Shown piece by piece: positions 55,401 to 64,000 of a stretch of 64,000 bases of DNA (position 1 is the first letter of the stretch; the number at the start of each line of letters is the position of its first letter). Source of the stretch: the human T2T-CHM13v2.0 reference genome, Homo sapiens; NCBI RefSeq assembly GCF_009914755.1, contig NC_060925.1; one strand, written 5' to 3'. The position numbers were made by a program, and so were the translations under genes. The notes below the pieces were generated by a model, which was not told the DNA's origin, made no database searches, and saw nothing but the letters and a program-made list of their open reading frames with translations.

Positions 55401-58400
55401 GAGACAACATAAGGTGACCAAATATTGAAATTTGGGGTATCAGAGAAGGAAAAGAGATTGGCAAAGGAACAGAAAATCAATCAAACAAAATAATAACTGA
55501 AAACGTCTTCAATATTGGAGTAAATACAGAAATCCAGATACAGGAAGCTCACAGAACACCAAATAAATTCACCCCAAAAAGGTCTTCTTTAAGGTATATT
55601 ATAGTCAAATTGTCAAAAGTCAAAGACAAAGGGAGAATTCTAATAAGAGCAAGAGAAAAGTGTCAGGTCACATGCAAGGGAAGCTCCATCAGACTAACAG
55701 CAGATTTCTCAACAGAAAGTATACAGGACAGGAGAGAATGTCGTGATATATTCAAATTGCTGAAAGAAACATAAACTGTGTCAGCCAAGAATACTTTACC
55801 CAGCAAAGCTATCCTTCAAATATGAAAAAGAAATAAAGTCTTTCAAAGGTAAGTAAAAAAATGAAGGAAGGCATCACCAATAGATCAGCCCTACAATAAA
55901 TGTTTAGGGGACTCCTACATCTAGTAATGAATGAAAAAAATGTATCATTATGTAAACATAACCATGAAACACACTGATGGAGAAGACACAGAAATGAGAA
56001 AGTGAAAGAACTCAAATGTTACTACTACAGAAAACCACCAATCTCTAATGATATACAAGAGATAAATACATTAACTAAGAATACGCAAAACAACTAGAAA
56101 CAATTAACAAAATGACAAGAATAGGTACTCACCCATCAATAATATCTTTCAGTATAAATGGATTAAATTCACCAATTAGAAGATATAGATTGGCTGAAAT
56201 GATTAAAAAAGAAGACCCAGATATATGCTATAAGAAACTCACTTCACTTGTAAAAGACACAAGTAGACTGAAAATAAAGAAATGGAAAATAATATTCCAC
56301 GAAATAGAAACCAAAAGTGAGTAAAAGTAGCTAGAGTTGCAGCACATAAAACAGGATTTGAGTCAAAAAGAGTGAGAAGAGACAAATAAATTCATTAAAT
56401 AATGATAAAGGGATAAATTCAGCAGGAGAATATAACAATTCTAAATGTATGCATCCAACAATGGATTACCCAGATATATAAAACAAATATTATTAGATCA
56501 AAAGGGATTTATATACTTTTACACAGTCATATTAGGGACCTCAATGCCCTGCTCTTAGCAATAAACAGGTTAACTAGGCAGAATATCAACAAAATACTTT
56601 GGATCTAAACTGAACTTTAGAACAAAATGGACTCAAGAATACTTACAACACATTTTATGCAGCAGCTGCAGAAAACACATTCTTGGATACATGGGACATT
56701 CTCCAAAATTACCCTACAAAACAAGTTTTGACACATTTTTTTAAAAGTCAAAATTACATCAAGTGTCTTCTTGAATGACAATGGAATAAACCTTGAAATC
56801 AGTAACAAACTTTGAAAACTGTATGAATATATGAAAATTAAATAACATGCTCCTGAATGACTACTGTGTCAATGCTGACATTAAGAAAATAAAAAGGTTT
56901 CTAAAAACAAATAAAAATGAAAACATAATGTATCAAAACATATGATATACAACAAAAGCAGTAGTAACAGGGAAGTTTGTAGCAATAAAGGCGTATGTCA
57001 AAAAAGCAGTAACATTTCAAGTAAACTACATAATGAAGCACTTTTGGGAACTAGAAATGCAAAGAAAAAGAGAACCCCAAATTAGCAGAAGTAAAGAAGT
57101 AATAAATAGCAGAGCAGAACTAAATGAAATAAAGAGTGTAAAAACAATACAAAGTATCAATGAAATGAAAAATTCTTTTTTTGAAAAGATAAACAAAATT
57201 GATAAACTGCTAAATTGACTAAGAAAAAAGACTCAAATAAATGAAATTAAAATGAAAAAAGGTTCATCAAAACGACAGTGGATCATCAGAGACTATTATG
57301 AAAAATTATGTACTAACAAACTGGAAAACATAAAGGAAATGGATAAATTCCTGTACACGTACAACCTACCATTATCATTCATTATCTCTTCAGGTTTTTT
57401 ATTTCTTTCTAAGCCAGAAAGAAATATAATTTGAATATTTAGAAAAAGTACCTTTGAGGAATCAGTTTTAATATCTCCTTTTTTATTTTGATTTCATTTG
57501 AGTCTTCTTTTTTTCTTAATCAGTCAATTTGGCAGTTTATTAATTATCTTTCTAAACAAGAAAGAAATAGAAAAATAGAAGAGACCAAAAATGATAATGG
57601 GAATGAGTAATGATATTGAGTGAATAATAAAAATTTTCCCAACAGAGAAAAAGCCCAGATGTCTTTACCGCTGAATACTACCAAGATTTAAAATATGATT
57701 AACATAATTTGTCTCAAACTTTCTCAAAAAATTAAGGAGAAGGTAATACTTCCAAATTCATGCTACAAGACTGCATTACTCTGATGCCAAAACCAGACAA
57801 GGACACAGCAACAACAACAAAAATCTACAGACCAATATCCCTGACGAACATAGATGCAAAAATCCTCAACAAAATACTAGCAAATTTTAATCCAAGAACA
57901 CATCAAAAATATACTACATTATGATCCCATAAGATTTATCACAGGAACTAAAATATAGTTTGACATAGTGCAAGTCAATAAATGAGATATATCAACAAAA
58001 GGAAGAACAAAAACCATATAATTATCTCAATAGATGCAAAACCCGCTTAATAAAATTAAACAACTCTTCATGATAAAACTCTCAACAAATTAGGCATAGA
58101 ACAAACATATCTCAGCATTATAAGGACCATATATGACAAACACACAGCTAACATTATACTGAATGAGAAAAAACTAAAAAGTGAAACATGACTAAGATGC
58201 CAACTTTTACCATTCATATTCAACATAGTAGTAGAAGTCCTAGCCAGAGCCATCAGGCAAGAGAAAAAAATGAAAAATATCATATTGGAAGAGAGAAAGT
58301 AAAATTATCCTTCTTGCAAGTGACATCATATTTGAGAAAAACGTAGACTACACCACAAAAAAATCTTGAAACTTAAAAGTAAAATTGCAGGATACAAAAT

Positions 58401-60335
58401 CAATATACAAAATAATCTAATGCTTCTATACCAATAACAAACTAGCTGAGAGAGAAATCAAGAAAGCAATGTCATTTACAATAACTGCAAAACATATAAA
58501 ATACCTAGTAACAAATTTAGTCAAGGAGGTGAAAGCCCTCTTCAAGGAAATCTACAAAACCCTGATGAAAGAAATTAAAGGACACAAATAAATAGAAAGA
58601 TATTTCTTGCTTATGGACTGAAATAATTAATATCATTAAAATGACCATACAACCCAAAGCAATCTATAGATTCAATGCAACTCTATCAAAATTCCAATGA
58701 CATTCATCACAGAAATAAATAAATAACTATCCTGAAACTCCTATGAACCCCCCAAAAAACCCAGGTAGCCAAAGTAACACTCAGGAAAAAGAACAAAGTT
58801 GGAGCATGACAAAACCAAACTTCAAAATGTACTATAAAGATATAGTAACCAAAACAGCATGGTATTGTAATAAAAACAAACACAAAAACTAGTGCAGTGT
58901 TCCACTGGTTTACAGATAACCCAGAAATAAATCCATGTATTTAAACCCAATTGATTTTCAACAAATGTGCATAGAGCTTAAATTTGGAATAGGACACCCT
59001 GTTTAAGAAATAGTACTGGGAAACCTGGATATCCACATGCAGAGGGATGAAAACAGTTCCCTACCTCTCACTGGATACAAAAATCAACTAAAAATGGATT
59101 AAACACTGAAATGTAAAATCCAGAACTATAAAATTACAAGACAATGTCATAGGGTAAATACCTCAAAACATTAGGCTAGAGATTTATGGCTAAGGCCTCA
59201 AAATCACAGGCAACAGAAACAGAAATAGACAAACGAGGCCATTTTAAAATGTATAAAAAGTTTCTTCACAGCAAAGGAAAGAACAGAGTCATGATAAAAC
59301 TTGTAGGATGGGAGAAAACATTTGCAAACTATTCATCTGACAAGGGACTAAAGTTCAGAATATAGAAGGAAGTTAAACAACTCAACAAAAACAAAATAAT
59401 AATTTTAAAGTGAGCAAATAATATGAGTAGACATTTCTCAAAAGAAGGCATACAAATGGCCAATAAGTATATGGAAAAAAAGTTCAATATCAGTAACAGG
59501 GAAATGCAAGTCAAAACCACAAATAGATGTAATTTTACCCCAGTTAAAATGTCTATTATCAAAAAGACAAAAATAAATGCTGGCAATGATATAGAAAAAG
59601 GATAGCTCTTGTATACGGTTGGTAGGAATGTAAATTAGTAGAGCCTTTATGGAAAACGGTATGTACGTTTCTCTAAAAACTAAAAATATAATTATCATAT
59701 GATCCAGCAATCTCACTACTGTATGTTTATCGAAAGGAAATCAAATCAGTGTATTCACAATAGCTAAGGTATGGAATCAACTAAGAGTCTGTCTATGCAT
59801 GAATGGATAACTAAAATGTGGTAGATATACACAATGGAATATTACTCAGACATAATAAAGAATGAAATTTTACCATTTGCAGCAACATGGATGGAACTAG
59901 AAGTCATTATGTTAAGTGAAATAAGCCAAGCACAGAAAGAAAATATAGTATGTTCTCACTCATATGTGAAAGATAGAAAAATTGATCCCAAGGAGGTAGA
60001 GAATAGAATGATACTTAACAGAGGCTGAGACTGCTGAGGGTAGGAAGGTGAAGTGAGGTTTGTCAATGGCTACACACATACAGTTAGATAGAAGGAATAA
60101 TTTCTAGTGTTCAATAGCACAGTAGAGGCACTATAGTTATCAACAATATATTGTATGTTTCAAAATAGTAAGTGGAGAAGGTTTGAAATCTTCCCAACAC
60201 TAAGAAGTAATAAATGTTTGAAGTGATGGAATCCTAAATACTGTGATTGGATTATTACACATGGTATTCATGTTTCAAAATATCACATGCACCTCATAAA
60301 TAAATTTTTATGCATCAATAAAAATTGTTTTAAAA
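52468..60335 (+). mobile_element. Near full-length old L1 (L1MA-type 3' end, long GC-rich 5' UTR)
   Basis: 5' start GGGGGCTTCAAGATGGCTGA; ORF1 remnants ~54950-55950; ORF2 remnants from ~56110; L1MA 3' UTR with AATAAA; degenerate TSD AATGTCTCAAACTGTGACAGT / AATGTCTTTAACTGGCAGT. Confidence 0.88.
53838..54136 (+). mobile_element. AluS (Sx/Sz-like)
   Basis: Full dimer; TSD GAGCCTGATGA (53827-53837, 54137-54147). Confidence 0.95.
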
Positions 60336-61334
60336 AATGTCTTTAACTGGCAGTTTTTATAAATGTAATATTGTCTATTAGGAGGGCCTTTGAGTTCTTC
60401 AAAGATGTTCACTTTATTACAATTTGTAATCAAACTATCTATTAATATAAAACATTTACCTTGAAATGTATTGCTATTTTATTTTCTTTCCAGATTTTCT
60501 TCTTTGATAAGAAATTTGATTGAAACATTTCAATAAAGTGTCATATTTTCATATCATATCAGTGGTGTGAGTGCATGGTTGTGGGTATAGGACTAATGTT
60601 GGACAGGGCTAGACTAAGACGGTATTTATTGGTGATAGATTGTATAGGAAAACATGATTCATGTAATACAGTAGGAAAGAAAAATAAAATGTCAAAATAG
60701 TGACTAACATATATCAGTTGGGTTATTGAACGGGGTTTGGGAAAATCTAACAAAGTTTCATTTTGTGCCTTATAAATTGGAGGCAATGACACTCTATCAG
60801 CATAGGAATAGTCTATCCAGTGAAAACACTGATTGAATAGGCATTTAGACTAGAACATGAATGCAGATGTGGAATTACAGATTCATTTTTAAAAATTGAG
60901 TGAAAGAGAATACAAATAAATATTTAAAGAATTAGAATTATTGGAATGTCTTAGGAAAACCATGCACATTTAAAAAGAAAGAGCATAAAGAATCAGGCTT
61001 TGAAAAAAAAAACCCTTCAGATTATTAGGGAAGAAAAACAGAAACAGTGATATGGAAGTCATTGGATAAATAGGAAAATAACTTAAATCATGTATTACTA
61101 GAAGTGAAATAGAATTCAGATATTTTGTTTAGTAATGCCTCTCTATTTTCTTTCTTTTTTTTAATCTTGCGGGTTATTTTTTAAATAAGGCTATAAAGAA
61201 ACGAATAGAGAGTTTGTCCTTTATTCTTCCCTTCCTCCCTCCCTCTCCCCTCCTCTCCCTTCCTCTCTCTCTCTCTGATGGTATCATCTTCTTTCCATTT
61301 GTGCCGTGTTTCTTACAACTTCACAGTGTAAGCC

Positions 61335-61905
61335 TGCACTTTAACTGTGGTGAATGCTATCTCATGGTGCTTTTTATTTGCATTTCCCTTGTGATTAGTG
61401 ATGTTGAGCATTTTTTTCATATACCAGTTTGCCATTTATATGTCTTCTTTTGAGGAATGTCTATTTAGATTCTTTGCTCACTTTTTAATGGGATTATTAG
61501 TTTTTTTGCTGTTGAGTTGTTTGAGTTTCTTATCTATTCTGATTATTAATCATCTTTTGAATGGATAGTCTGCAAATATTTTCTCTCTTTCAACAGGTTA
61601 CCTTTTTACTTTTGATTTTTTCCTTTGCTGTACAGAAGGTTTTTTCCTTGATATAATACTGTTTGTCTATTTTTATATTGGTTGCCTGTGCATTTGGAGT
61701 TTTACCCAATCAAATTTTTGCCCAGACCAATGTCCTAAAGCATTTCCCCAATGTTTTCTTTGAGTAGTTTTATAAGTTTGGTCTTACATTTAAGTCCTAA
61801 ATCTATTTTAAGTCAATTTCTGTATCTGATGAGAGATAGAGATCTACATTTATTATTCTGCATACAGCTATCCAGTTTTCCCAGCACCACTTGTTGAAGA
61901 GGGTG
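61335..61905 (-). mobile_element. L1 ORF2 C-terminal fragment (L1M/L1PB-like)
   Basis: Antisense motifs TTGCATTTCCCTTGTGATTAGTGATGTTGAGCATTTTTT and CAGTTTTCCCAGCACC. Confidence 0.85.
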
Positions 61906-62183
61906 CCCTCTTCAACACCCTAAGCAGACAAGCTTAGCCAATCACCTTATTGTCTCTTACAGCACTACTTCACATCAAGATTCCTACATTTGAATCTCTG
62001 GTCCTGGCCAGACCTTTTGTTTTCAGCTATCTAAATGCTTTTAATTAATTCATTGCCATCTATCTCATGCACCATTCCTAATGTTTCTATACCTCACTGA
62101 CCTTATTATGTTTTCAAACTCTAATAACATTGTATTTATTTTTTAAATTTGGGAATTGCATAGAAACTTTCTTGTGTGCTTTC

Positions 62184-62274
62184 ATATATATATATAAATA
62201 TGTATGTATATATGTATACACATATATAGAAATATAGAAATATGTATGCACATGTATGTGTGTATATAGATATA
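62184..62274. repeat. (TA)n/(TATG)n low-complexity tract
   Basis: Directly visible. Confidence 0.85.
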
Positions 62275-62294
62275 GAGTTGATCTTCATCTATGT

Positions 62295-62520
62295 ATATGC
62301 ATACTTGGGTGCACATGGACATATAGATGAAAGTAATAATCACTGCAGACTCCAAAATGGGGGTGGTTGAGTGGGGTGCAGGTTGAAAAATTACTTACTA
62401 GATACAATGTCCAATATTTGGGTGATGGTGTACTAGAAACCCAATCCCCACAATTACGTATGTAATACCCATGTACCAAACAAGTACATGTACCCCCCAA
62501 TGTAAAATAAAAGTTAAAGA
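62295..62520 (+). mobile_element. L1PB-like 3' end fragment
   Basis: CACATGGACATATAGATG...GACTCCAAAATGGGG...CATGTACCCCC. Confidence 0.75.
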
Positions 62521-63550
62521 AGAAGTGTCATTTCTATATTTACCAAATGTATGTCTTAAATCAATGGATTAAAATTATTTTTACTTGTCCAAATTTACTC
62601 GATCAATATATACAAGGCATTAATTTTTTTTAATTTATGTCAATTGAGTCAATTAATTCACTGGGTAACAATGACTTGGTTACCATTCACAACCTTCCAT
62701 TCAAATGGCTTCTTGGCCACCACTGAAAGGGAGAAAGACTGAGACTCAAATTAAGAAAGAATTCATATTCTGATAAAGCTTTTCCTATTTTACATGATAT
62801 TTTGATGCACTTTAAAAGAGTGAATCTCAAGCCTATTCTAAAGTGGTTAATTTTAAAGATGGATATCTGAAGCCAGCTCTAAAATAGAATTATGGCAATG
62901 AAATAATAAGGCAATTATACATTGGCTGTATGCATATGTCTACATGTTCTTCACAAAATTGTTTCTTCTAAAAAAAGTAGGCACTTAATGAAATTCTTAG
63001 CTCAATCCACAATAACTTCATTGACAGAGTGGAGCTGTTAGAAAGACATAAGCATAGCCATTATAAGAAGCTGATGATTAATAACAACTTCTGTTGAATA
63101 CATAGTAGCTATTTATTGTGGTGCTAGCAGATGATTATATACTAAGCATATTGTAGAATGCTTCAGTATAAATTAGATGAATGGTTTTCTTGTTAAGAAT
63201 TTTAAAGGGCAAATAACGTTGACTATATTTATATAGCTAGAGGCCAATAAAACAGATTTTTTTGTTATTCAAACCCAAAGCTGACAAGATATTTTAAATG
63301 CACTGTATTTTTAGATGAACATGAAAATTTGGGGTCGAATCTCCTTTCATTAAGGCACCATAGACTTAACTTTTATGGCATGATATATTTCTGTCATAAA
63401 CAATAGAACTCACAAAATCTCTATATACATATTTAATAGGTCAAGCATGTGCTATACAAACCTACAAAATACCTTTCCATTTTCATTTTTTTAAGTGATA
63501 GTCTTTTCTTATCCTCCAAGGAAATGTTCCTTAATATAAACTTACAATAC

Positions 63551-63780
63551 ACCAGCCTGGCCAATGTGGTGAAACCTCGTCTCTACTGAAAATACACAAA
63601 TTATCCAGGCGTGGTGGTGCACGCTTGTAATCCCAGCTACTTTGGAAGCTGAGGCACGAGAATCATTTGAACACCAGAGGCAGAGGTTGCAGTGAGCCAA
63701 GATTGCACTACTGCCCTCTAGCCTGGGTGACAGAGTGAGACTCTGTCCCCAAAATAAGACAAACAAACAAACAAAAAAAA
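63551..63780 (+). mobile_element. 5'-truncated Alu (AluS/J)
   Basis: Starts mid left arm at ACCAGCCTGGCCAA; TSD AAACTTACAA (63538-63547, 63778-63787). Confidence 0.92.
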
Positions 63781-64000
63781 CTTACAACATAAATGGAGCG
63801 ATACATGCAACCACAAGCATTGATGTTTCCTTATAGGCAAAATAACAGCAATGTTTTTCATTTGTTTTGACAACTAAAGGCAAATGCTTTACAGACACTT
63901 TCTTTGTAAAGAGAAAAATAAAAACGTTGAAAGATTTGATTAAAATGTATTAACTCAACCTAATAACAAATTATTGTTAACATTTATATGCCCTGCATTC

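Overview
AT-rich primate (human-like) genomic DNA, intergenic or deep intronic, made up mostly of transposable-element remnants: LINE-1 of many ages, Alu, MaLR LTRs (THE1/MST/MLT1), an ancient ERV-L pol region, and MIR/L2/L3. I cannot support any intact host protein-coding gene, RNA gene or CRISPR-type system, and essentially all ORFs in the supplied track are TE fragments or their antisense shadows. The most notable element is a ~1.55 kb GC-rich retrocopy of a cellular mRNA (22675-24221), parent gene not recognised, inserted into an old L1. It has a target-site duplication (TSD), a poly(A) signal and what looks like a twin-priming 5' inversion carrying the last ~35 codons of the parent. The window also records several L1 integration anomalies: two large 5' inversions, a 12-bp micro-inversion, a fold-back hairpin junction and an internal inverted duplication. 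It further contains two L1MA elements with both termini and TSDs, and two unexplained spaced direct duplications in unique DNA. Repeat subfamily names come from my recollection of consensus sequences and need RepeatMasker/Dfam confirmation.
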